Origin: Somniosus microcephalus | Taxonomy: Eukaryota | Length of the DNA: 64,000 bases | NCBI GenBank assembly: GCA_052327205.1 | Contig: JBMRGM010000035.1 | Span: forward strand, 118,730,001 to 118,794,000 | Reading direction: 5' to 3' | Shown here: piece by piece, positions 25,678 through 35,964 of the stretch | How the letters are laid out: the number at the start of each line of letters is the position of its first letter | How positions within the stretch are numbered: the first letter of the stretch is position 1 | Notes under the pieces: model-generated | Databases searched by the model: none | What the model saw: the letters and a program-made list of their open reading frames with translations, nothing else | Told to the model about the DNA's origin: nothing | Made by a program: the position numbers and the translations under genes

Positions 25678-26149
25678 CATGTCTCTGCAATTAGACGGTA
25701 CACGCAGTGACTGGCACTTCAATTAGTGACAGGAGCTTTGTGAGGCTGAGACAGCGACATCTGGAAAAATTACAGTTGATAAATTTCTAATGATGACGCT
25801 CATCAACTTAGAATTAGAGAAAGGCACAGGGGGACAGGACAAATTCCTATTACAGCACCTGATGTTGAGACACGAGTCTTGTCACAAACAATCAGGCAGC
25901 GTGATTTATAACCTGCTCAATTGATGCCAGAGCTGTACCTCAAGGCCCAGGACTAGACGTCTCCACTTAGTTCAGAATCCCAGACCATACTGGTGCTTGC
26001 CCTGAGGTGATGCGGGTTAGGGCACTAACACACTGTGTCAACGTGCGGTAGCTTTGGGGTTGTCTCCTCTGCTCATTCCCCCAGCACCCCCTGAAGTGGC
26101 TTCTTGACCTCTGACCTTCTCTAGTCGTACGTGTATTCTGTATTTTCAG

Positions 26150-26295
26150 GTGTCGGCCGTGGCTCAGTGGGTAGCACTCTCAGCCTCTGAGCTAGAAGGT
26201 TGTGGGTTCAAGTCCCACTCCAGTGACTCGAGCAAATGCTCTAGGCTGACACTCGGCGGTGCCGTCTTTCGGATAAGACATTAAGCCAAGGCCTC
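26150..26295 (+). mobile_element. Deu-SINE head fragment
   Basis: gtggctcagtgggtagcac...gggttcaagtccc tRNA-like boxes. Confidence 0.75.
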
Positions 26296-26430
26296 TTGAA
26301 AACCGACAGAATACTGACATATAGATAGTTGGTAACCTATGGAATACAGAGACAGCTGGAAATCCATAGAATACAGATTATAGGGAATATATCTAATTCT
26401 TAAATGCTAGAGAATCTATAGAATACTTAG

Positions 26431-26654
26431 TGTTAAGTCTGTGTGTTATATTGCGAATTACTACACAGACCACAAGAGTAAACTTTAACAGGACTTTACT
26501 GGTTGAAGGTCAGGGCGGAACTGCCCAATAAATCCTTACACAGCACTTATATACCGGTGTGGTCACCACCAGTATTACAGTATACAGTAGCCAAGATAAA
26601 GTAGTGCAACCCTTAAAATAGTTCTCTTAAAGGTGGAACGTTACATACACTACA
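26431..26654 (-). mobile_element. Solo LTR (224 bp), related to LTR 3669-3850
   Basis: TG..CA, CTTAG TSD (26426-30, 26655-59); shares tatata..ggtgtggtcac and gttctcttaaaggt blocks. Confidence 0.88.
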
Positions 26655-26659
26655 CTTAG

Positions 26660-27335
26660 ATAACGGGGAACCTACAGAATATGGAAATAACAGGTAATCT
26701 ACAGAATGCAGAGATAATAAGGAATCTATAGAATGCAGAGATAATAGGGAATCTATAGAATGCAGAGATAATAGGGAATCTATAGAATGCAGAGATAATA
26801 GGGAATCTATAGAATGCAGAGATAATAAGGAATATATAGAATGCAGAGATAATAGGTAATCTACAGAATGCAGAGATAATAGGGAATCTATAGAATGCAG
26901 AGATAATAGGGAATCTATAGAATGCAGAGATAATAGGGAATCTATAGAATGCAGAGATAATAAGGAATATATAGAATGCAGAGATAATAGGTAATCTACA
27001 GAATGCAGAGATAATAAGGAATCTATAGAATGCAGAGATAATAGGGAATCTATAGAATGCAGAGATAATAAGGAATCTATAGAATGCAGAGATAACAGGG
27101 AATCTATAGAATGCAGAGATAATAAGGAATCTATAGAATGCAGAGATAATAAGGAATCTATAGAATGCAGAGATAATAGGGAATCTATAGAATGCAGAGA
27201 TAATAGGGAATCTATAGAATGCAGAGCTAATAGGGAATCTATAGAATGCGGAGCTAATAGGGAATCTATAGAATGCGGAGGCAGTGGGGAATCCATAGAA
27301 TATTGCAACAGTGGTGTATCTATACAGAGACAGTT
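26660..27335. repeat. 27-bp minisatellite (ctatagaatgcagagataatagggaat), roughly 22-25 copies
   Basis: Direct tandem periodicity; degenerate units extend to ~26335 on the other side of the LTR. Confidence 0.95.
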
Positions 27336-27353
27336 GGAAATTTCTGAAATACA

Positions 27354-27582
27354 AAGAAAGAAAGCCTTACATTTATATCGCACCTTTCACGACCACTGGA
27401 CGCCCCAAAGCGCTTTACAGCCAATGAAGTACTTTTTGAAGTGGAGTCACTGTTGTAATGTGGGAAACGCGACAGCCAATTTGCGCACAGCAAGCTCCCA
27501 CCAACAGCAATGTGATAATGACCAGATCATCTGTTTTTAGTGATGTTGGTTGAGGAATAAATATTGGCCCAGGACAGGGAAG
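27354..27582 (-). mobile_element. Deu-SINE 3' part
   Basis: Reverse complement of the 3' half of the SINE at 50378-50811. Confidence 0.8.
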
Positions 27583-27996
27583 AGTCAGGAATCTGCCCAT
27601 TACAAAATTAATCAAGAATGGGACGGATATACTGTCAGGGATTTGTACAATGTAGGGACACTCTCAGTACCTCAATCAGGAGATGGGAGTGAGGGTACAT
27701 CTATCCATTGCTGAAAGGCATCGAAGCCTTTAGAACTAGGCCCACACTGCTGCCCTCCATTTCCATGAGGGATGTACCCTATAACCCACCATGACTGTGC
27801 TGTCTTGGACTGTCTTACTGATGGAAATAAAGACAACACAAAGGACCCATTGGTCTCATTTCCCCCCCCAGTGTATCTCAGCAGTCAATGAACACACTGG
27901 GAATGGGGAAGCAATGAACTGGACATTGTTCTTTTCCCTCCATGATCTCGATTCCGATGGGATGAAAGTCTCCTTTGTTGGCTGTAAGGTTGTTTC

Positions 27997-28938
27997 ATCT
28001 CTGTAACCTCTTCTAGCCCTACAAGCCTCCGAGATCTCTGCACTCCTCCAATTCTGGCCTCTTGCGCATCCCGGATTTTAATCGTTCCACTATTGGCGGC
28101 CGTGCCATCAGCTGCCTGGACCCTAAGCTCTGCAATTCCCTCCCTAAACCTCCACAAAATCTGTCCTAACATCTCCTTATGTGGCTCGGTGTAAATTTTT
28201 ATTTGATGACGTCCTGTGAAGCGCCTGGGGACGTTTTACTACAACAACAACAACTTGTATTTGTATTGCGCCTTTAACGTAGTAAAACATCCCAAGGCGC
28301 TGCACAGGAGTATTTTAAGACAACAAATTTAACACCGAGCCACATAAGGAGAAATTAGGGCCGGTGACCAAAAGCTTGGTCAAAGAGGTAGGTTTTAAGG
28401 AGCGTCTTAAAGGAGGAGAGAGAGGTAGCGAGTCGGAGAGGATTAGGGAAGGAATTCCAGAGCTTAGGGCCCAGGCAACAGAAGGCACGGCCACCGATGG
28501 TTGAACGATTATAATCAGGGAGGCTCAAGAGGGCAGAATTAGAGGAGCGCAGATATCTCGGGGGGGGGGGGGGGAGCTGAAGGAGATTACAGAGATAGGG
28601 GGGGGGAGGGGCTGAAGGAGATTACAGAGATAGGGAGGGGCGAGGCCATGGAGGGATTTGAAAACAAGGATGAGAATTTTGAAATCGAGGTGCTGCTTAA
28701 CCGGGAGCCAATGTAGGTCAGGGAGCACAGGGGTGATGGGCGAACGGGACTTGGTGCGAGTTAGGACACGGGCAGCCGAGTTTTGGATGACCTCAAGTTT
28801 ACGTAGGGTGGAATGTGGGAGGCCAGGTAACAAAGGCATGGATGAGGGTTTCAGCAGCGGATGAGCTGAGGCAAGGGCGGAGACGAGCGATGTTATGGAG
28901 GTGTGTTAAAGGTGCTATATAAATGCATGTTGTTGTTG
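27997..28938. mobile_element. L2 3' fragment (+) with an antisense L2 fragment (~28243-28903) inserted in its tail
   Basis: ORF 28525-28839 IQNSAARVLTRTKSRSPITPVLPDLHWLPV; + copy tail split as ttttactac / gttaaaggtgctatataaatg. Confidence 0.8.
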
Positions 28939-29146
28939 TACATGAGATTAGCTTGGGGCAGTCTTGGTCCAGTTCCTAGTTGGTATGGGACACAATGCAA
29001 TTCTGCTGCTAATTTAGCTCCGATTAGCAATCTGACTCATGGAGAGGCCCCAAGGATGATGAGAGTGTTTTGTAACGCTAGGTGGAAAGGTTGTCTTAAA
29101 GAATCCATTTTATGTTCAGGACTCCATTTTGTGCTTAATAGACAGT

Positions 29147-29332
29147 GGGATAGAAATTCGTCTGGGGCAGTGGCGCAAAACGGGCAGTATGGGGTTGTCC
29201 GCCTGTTATAGGCAGCGCCTGATATTTAATTCCATTGACTGCAACGGAACTGAACATTGTGCGGCACGTAGAACAGGTGGCCCATGCGATTCCACCCGTT
29301 GTGCACCACCGGCCAAGATGAACCTCTAACCC
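29147..29332. mobile_element. Harbinger-type MITE (186 bp)
   Basis: GGGATAGAAATTCGTCT / AGATGAACCTCTAACCC, AGT TSD. Confidence 0.7.
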
Positions 29333-29699
29333 AGTTTCTCTACAAATCTGTGGAAACAGGCAGTGTTTGTAAAATGTCAACAATAAACTTGGACTGCTAA
29401 GGCCTCTTGGGTGGTTGGTACCGTTGTCATTATAAAGATAGCCGTTTGTCTTTTATGCAGTTCTGACCTTCCATTTGGCGCCTATACGTTTTGCACATGT
29501 TAGGAGACAGGGCAGCTGATGTAACTGTCCAGAGACCCACTGTGGAACTTTTACCTGCTGATACCAGGTAGTCTGTGTAAACCAAGGGTAAAGGTCACGG
29601 AATGCAGGACATGAGGTCATGGCCTTTCAGCTGAAGGGTAAAAGCATGACCATTGTAACGCTAAGGTAGGAACACACAGGGCTGATCACCCAGGCAATT

Positions 29700-31745
29700 G
29701 TCAGCTGTGGCTCAGTGGGTAGCACTCTCGCCTCTGAGTCAAAAGGTCGTTGGTTCAAGTCCCACTCCAGAGAATTGAACATAAAATCCAGTCCGACACT
29801 CCCAGTGCAGTACTGAGAGAGCATGCGCTGTCAGAGGGGCAGTACTGAGGGAGCGCTGCACTGTCAGAGGGGCGGTACTGAGGGAGCGCTACACTGTCAG
29901 AAGGGCAGTAATGAGGGAGCGCTGCACTGTCAGAGGGGCGGTACTGAGGGAGCGCTGCACTGTCAGAGGGGCGGTACTAAGGGAGCGCTGCACTGTCAGA
30001 GGGGCAGTAATGAGGGAGCGCTGCACTGTCAGAGGGGCAGTAATGAGGGAGCGCTGCACTGTCAGAGGGGCAGTAATGAGGGAGCGCTGCACTGTCGGAG
30101 GGGCAGTACTGAGGGAGCACTGCACTGTCGGAGGGGCAGTACTGAGGGAGCGCTGCACTGTCAGAGGGGCGGTACTGAGGGAGCGCTGCACTGTCAGAGG
30201 GGCGGTACTGAGGGAGCGCTGCACTGTCAGAGGGGCAGTAATGAGGGAGCGCTACACTGTCAGAGGGGCAGTAATGAGGGAGCGCTGCACTGTCAGAGGG
30301 GCAGTAATGAGGGAGCGCTGCACTGTCGGAGGGGCAGCATTGAGGGAGCGCTGCACTGTCGGAGGGGCAGTACTGAGGGAGCACTGCACTGTCGGAGGGG
30401 CAGTACTGATGGAGTGCTGCACTGTCGGAGGGGCAGTACTGATGGAGTGTTGCACTGTCGGAGGGGCGGTACGGATGGAGTGCTGCACTGTTGGAGGGTT
30501 GGTACTGAGGGAGTGATGCACTGTCAGAGGGTTGGTACTGAGGGAGTGATGCACTGTCAGAGGGTTGGTACTGAAGGAGTGATGCACTGTCAGAGGGGCA
30601 GTACTGAGGGAGTGCTGCACTGTCAGAGGGGCAGTACTGAGGGAGTGCTGCACTGTCAGAGGGGCAGTACTGAGGGAGTGCTGCACTGTCAGAGGGGCAG
30701 TACTGAGGGAGTGCTGCACTGTCAGAGGGGCAGTACTGAGGGAGTGATGCGCTGTCAGAGGGTTGGTACTGAGGGAGTGCTGCATTGTCAGAGGGGCAGT
30801 ACTGAGGGAGTGATGCACTGTCAGAGGGGAAGTACGGAGGGAGTGATGCATTGTCAGAGGGGCAGTACTGAGGGAGTGCTGCACTGCCAGAGGGTTGGTA
30901 CTGAGGGAGTGCTGCACTGTCAGAGGGTTGGTACTGAGGGAGTGCTGCACTGTCAGAGGGGCAGTACTGACTGAGTGCTGCACTGTCAGAGGGTTGGTAC
31001 TGACGGAGTGCTGCACTGTCAGAGGGGCAGTACTGACGGAGTGCTGCACTGTCAGAGGGTTGGTACTGATGGAGTGATGCACTGTCAGAGGGTTGGTACT
31101 GATGGAGTGCTGCGCTGTCAGAGGTTTGGTACTGAGGGAATGCTGCACTGTCAGAGGGATGGTACTGAGGGAGTGATGCACTGTCAGAGGGATGGTACTG
31201 AGGGAGTGATGCACTGTCAGAGGGTTGGTACTGAGGGAGCGTTCCCTGTCGGAGGGGTAGTACTGAGGGAGTGATGCACTGCCAGAGGGTTGGTACTGAG
31301 GGAGGGTCAGTACGATCGGAGGGTCAGTACTGAGGGAGTGCTGTACTGTCAGAGGGGCAGTACTGAGAGAGTGTTGCACTGTCGGAGGGTCAGTAATGAG
31401 GGAGTGCTGTACTGTCAGAGGGGCAGTACTGAGAGAGTATTGCACTGTCGGAAGGTCAGTACTGAGGGAGTGTTGTACTGTCAGAGGGGCAGTACTGAGA
31501 GAGTGTTGCACTGTCGGAAGGTCAGTACTGAGGGAGTGTTCCCTGTCGGAGGGGCAGTACTGAGAGAGCGCTGCATGATCGGAGGGTCAGTACTGAGGGA
31601 GTGCTGTACTGTCAGAGGGGCAGTACTGAGAGAGTGTTGCACTGTCGGAGGGTCAGTTTCTCGGATTAGACGTTAAGCCGAGGCCCCGTCGGCCCTCTCG
31701 GCTGGATGTGAAGGATCCCACGGCCTCTATTTCGAAGAAGAGCAG
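29700..31745 (+). mobile_element. Deu-SINE with an internally amplified minisatellite
   Basis: tRNA head 29700-29800; SINE body resumes at ~31658 (cggattagacgttaagccgaggcccc). Confidence 0.9.
29806..31657. repeat. 33-bp minisatellite (gcagtactgagggagygctgcactgtcrgaggg), ~56 copies
   Basis: 11-codon periodicity in overlapping ORFs. Confidence 0.95.
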
Positions 31746-32042
31746 TTGACAAAGTAAAACGTCTGCACTGATTCTGCGGTCACCTTTTGAAGGGTTAATG
31801 CCTCTGGCTAAGGTGTTTAATTAATTTCTTTCTGCAGGCAGTGAACAGGGAGCAGGGGGCGCTGTGTGGAAACTACAAAGATAATCTCCTCGCTACACAC
31901 AGCCGCTCCGGCTGTGACACCTGTTACCCCCTGCCGTGCGATGGTGTGCTGTTAATGGGCCCACATGAAATGAATGGGCATTCCCAACCCTATTCCCAAA
32001 ATTCCAGGTTGACATGTCGCCCCAGTTACTGAACACTCTCCT

Positions 32043-32478
32043 AACATAAGAACATAAGAAATAGGAGCCCGAGTAGGCTATTCGGCCCCTCGAGCCTGCT
32101 CCGCCATTCAATAAGATCATGGCTGATCTTTTACCTCATCTCCACTTTCCTGCCCTATCCCCATATCCCTTGATTCCCTTAATATCCAAAAATCCATCGA
32201 TCTCTGTCTTGAATATACTCATCGACTGAGCCTCCACAGCCCTCTGGGGGTAGAGAGTTCCAAAGATTCACCACCCCCTGAGTGAAGAAATTTCTCCTCA
32301 TCTCAGTCCTAAGTGGCCGACCCCTTATTCTGAGACTGTGACCCCTGGTTCTAGACTCCCCAGCCAGGGGAAACATCCTCCCAGCATCTACCCTGTCAAG
32401 CTCTGTAAGAATTTTGTATGTTTCAATGAGATCACCTCTCATTCTTCTAAAATGTAGAGAATATAGGCCCAGTCTGCT
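32043..32478 (-). mobile_element. CR1 3' fragment
   Basis: LGLYSLHFRRMRGDLIETYKIL; (ttcttatg)n tail. Confidence 0.9.
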
Positions 32479-32780
32479 CAGGAGAAAGCAAGTGACAGGG
32501 GACTGAGATTCCCTGAAAAGAAAGGGGGCTGGGGCAGCACCCTCAGTTGCTTCATCCAATAGCCAGCGCAGAACTCAGTTGTACAGGCCAGGGTTGTCCC
32601 AGGTCCCATCCCTGGTCTGCACTGAGTTTGTGAGCACAGCTCGGGTGGTAATTGGGGGTCTACGATGTGCCCTTGGATCAGCCAGGATTCCCGATCCTCA
32701 ACTTTTATCCGATGAGTCCCGTTGGAAAGTGCACCAAGCATGGCTGTTGGGCCAGTGTGAAACTTAGCGGGGGGGGGGGG

Positions 32781-32949
32781 GGGGGAAATTTTAACCTTAC
32801 TGATCAGGTGGGAATCCCATGGGATCAGGTTTTACACCCCGCCTGATATTGACTTCAATAGAGAGTTAAATCGGAGTGGTTTGTAAAACCAGTGTCGTGC
32901 TCGATCCCCGTCAATTTCCCGGCAGGAAGGTTAGGTTAAAATTGCCCCC
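32781..32949. mobile_element. Short MITE (related copy at 35718-35895)
   Basis: GGGG.AATTTTAACCT / AGGTTAAAATTGCCCC termini. Confidence 0.6.
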
Positions 32950-33039
32950 AATTGTTCAACACTGTTGGCTTCACCTGTAGAACCTTGCAGGACAGTCGTT
33001 TGGAATGGTCTCAGTACTGTTCCCTGATTGGTGGATTTA

Positions 33040-34590
33040 CCAGTGCAGTGGCCCCTATTCTACAATAACAATGGTCTGTGCCAGTGCCATGGCCCCTATT
33101 CTACAATAACAATGGTCTGTGCCAGTGCAGTGGCCCCTAATCTACAATAACAATGGTCTGTGCCAGTGCAGTGGCCCCTATTCTACAATAACAGTGGTTT
33201 GTGCCAGTGCCGTGACCCCATTCTACAGTAAGAGTGGTCTGTGCCAGTGCCGTGACCCCATTCTACAGTAAGAGTGGTCTGTGCCAGTGCCGTGACCCCA
33301 TTCTACAGTAAGAGTGGTCTGTGCCAGTGCCGTGACCCCATTCTACAGTAAGAGCGGTCTGTGCCAGTGCCGTGACCCCCATTCTACAGTAACAGTTGTT
33401 GTGTATGTACCTTTAAGAGAGAACTGATTTTATACTGCAGTACCGGCAGTGACCACACCTGTATATAAAGCCATAGCAGGCTTCTGTACGTTCAGTTTAA
33501 GCTTACCCTCTGTTCAGTAAATACCTGTTATTATTGTTCTCCTGCAGTCCGTGTATTATTGATACGCAGACACTACAACAGTGGTTTGTGCCAGTGCAGT
33601 GGCCCCATTCTACAATAACAGTGGATTGTGCCATTGCAGTGGCCTCTATTCTATAATAAGTGTTCTGTGCCAGTGCCGTGGCCTCAATTCTACAATAACA
33701 GTGGATTGTGCCAGTGCAGTGGCCCCTATTCTATAATAACAGTGGTCTGTGCCAGTGCAGTGGCCCCAATTCTACAGTAACAGTGGTTTATGCCAGTGCA
33801 GTGGCCCCTATTCTATAATAACAATGGTTTATGCCAGTGCAGTGGCTCCTATTCTACAATAACACTGGTCTGTGCCAGTGCAGTGGCCTCAATTCTACAG
33901 TAACAGTGGATTGTGCCAGTGCAGTGGCCCCTATTCTATAATAACAGTGGTCTGTGCCAGTGCAGTGGCCCCAATTCTACAGTAACAGTGGTTTATGCCA
34001 GTGCAGTGGCCCCTATTCTATAATAAGTGGTTTATGCCAGTGCAGTGGCCCCTATTCTACAATAACAGTGGTCTGTGCCAGTGCAGTGGCCCCTATTCTA
34101 CAATAACAGTGGTTTATGCCAGTGCAGTGGCCCCTATTCTACAATAACAGTGGTTTATGCCAGTGCAGTGGCCCCTATTCTACAGTAACAGTGGTCTGTG
34201 CCAGTGCCATGGCCTCCATTCTATACTAACAGTGGATTGTGCCAGTGCAGTGGCCCCTATTCTATAATAACAGTGGATTGTGCCAGTGCAGTGGCCCCTA
34301 TTCTATAATAACAGTGGTTTATGCCAGTGCAGTGGCCCCTATTCTACAATAACAGTGGTTTATGCCAGTGCAGTGGCCCCTATTCTACAATAACAGTGGT
34401 TTATGTCAGTGCAGTGGTCCCTATTCTACAGTAACAGTGGTCTGTGCCAGTGCCATGGCCTCCATTCTATAATAACAGTGGTTTATGCCAGTGCAGTGGC
34501 CCCTATTCTACAGTAACAGTGGACTGTGCCAGTGCAGTGGTCCCTATTCTATAATAATTGTGGTTTGTGCCAATGCAGTGGCGCCTATTT
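33040..34590. repeat. 40-41-bp minisatellite (gtgccagtgcagtggcccctattctacaataacagtggtct), ~33 copies
   Basis: Direct tandem periodicity, interrupted by a solo LTR. Confidence 0.95.
33397..33577 (+). mobile_element. Solo LTR of the Gypsy family at 1-3850
   Basis: 6 differences from 3669-3850 by eye; ACAGT TSD (33392-96, 33578-82). Confidence 0.95.
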
Positions 34591-35179
34591 ATGCATGCTG
34601 ATCATAAAAGGTGGCTACAATACGTAGATCCACATGAAGCAAAGCTTAACTTTCTGCATTGAAGTGACTGGGGATGGTATGGCATAGATTTATCAAGAAA
34701 TTCTGGTACCACTGGTTATATATCAGAAATAGTATAAGATTCAATGACAGGCTCCTGACCGGTCGATTAGACAGAATAACACCATGCTGACAGACTATAT
34801 ATTTCAGGCTAAATGACAAAAAGTATTTATTGTAGGGTGTAAATGTATACAAAATTAACTAAATCCATAGAATGAAGGCACGAAGATATTACAAATGCAC
34901 TTCAAACTGTTTTCTGGGACTACATTGACAAAGTGTTTCACAATTCTTAGAATCCCCTTTTAGAGTCCTTATGTACATACCTTCAAAATCTGTAACATTA
35001 GTCCATCTTAGTACCCATGCCACCCCACCCCACCCCAATGCCCAATGTGATGTGAAGCTAAATGTTTGAGAAACACAAGATAATACATGACCAAGTGCTA
35101 GCTGTAATTATACTTGGCCCAGACTTCAGAACAAGACGATCTTTCCCTCGCTAAGCAACTTTCTTTAAAGCAGGCTCAC

Positions 35180-35242
35180 CAGAAACAAAATCCGTGCGGG
35201 GTTTAGAACGGGGAGGGGGACAGCCGATTTGTTATTGCCCAT
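35180..35242 (-). other. Candidate first coding exon MGNNKSAVPLPVLNPARILFL
   Basis: Strong Kozak (AAAATGG), MGxxxS motif, phase-0 GTGAGC donor, unique sequence; no homology confirmation. Confidence 0.25.
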
Positions 35243-35717
35243 TTTGCACTACTGCCCAAGAGGCATTTCCCTCCTGGAATATTTCGATTTGATCATTCGA
35301 AACAGAAGAAATCCCAGTTTCCATCAAACCCAAAACATGGTTTCCCAAATCCACTGTTCCGATGCACAGTGCCCTATTGTGTTCCTCTGAAGACCCTGCA
35401 TGATTTTCATGCCACAATAGCATGGTTTGCATCAAAATCATCCATTCTCTGTGTTAGTCTGTCCCTCGCCATCTTACAGTCAGTCACCCAGTCCCTCCCT
35501 CCCTCTCTATCTTGCTGCCTCGCCTGGTTACCAGCTCTCTTTCTCTTGCTGTCTCACTATCTATTCCTCAGCCTTGCTCTGACTTTATCTCATTATCTCT
35601 TGCTCTCCAGCTCTCTCTATCCACAACAATCTCATTGCCCCCTGTCCAGTCTTTCCATCTCTGCCTTTCTCCCCCTCTCCCTGGCTGTCTTATATTCCCT
35701 GCCCTGCCTCACTCTCT

Positions 35718-35895
35718 GGGAGTAAATTTAACCTACCACGCCGGGCGGGAATACCATGGGATTGAGTGGAATGATGGTTTTACACCCTGCGCAATACTGA
35801 TTTCAGTGGCAAGTAAAATCAGGCGGGGTGTAAATCCAGCGTCACACCCGTTCCCATCAGTATCCTGACGGGTTGGTTCGGTTAAAATTACCTCC
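35718..35895. mobile_element. Short MITE (family of 32781-32949)
   Basis: GGGAGTAAATTTAACC / GGTTAAAATTACCTCC; internal ggttttacaccc..c. Confidence 0.6.
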
Positions 35896-35964
35896 TCCTG
35901 TCTATCTCTTCCCCCTCGCTTTGTCACGGTCCCATCTCTACTCCCTCTGACTTAAACTCACCAT

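Noticed and set aside
26613-27383. Leucine-rich-looking ORFs
   Set aside because: Translation of the 27-bp minisatellite
29700-29770. tRNA genes (also at ~21520-21580, 26150, 50378)
   Set aside because: tRNA-derived SINE heads continuous with SINE bodies
29823-31676. Repetitive His/Cys ORFs (LHCQRGSTEG) resembling zinc fingers
   Set aside because: 33-bp SINE-derived repeat open on both strands; no C2H2 spacing
31849-31865. CTCF-like motif GGAGCAGGGGGCGCTG
   Set aside because: Lacks the conserved leading CC; a single motif is insufficient
33040-34590. CRISPR-like array
   Set aside because: Head-to-tail units without unique spacers; the one unique insert is a solo LTR; eukaryotic context with no cas genes
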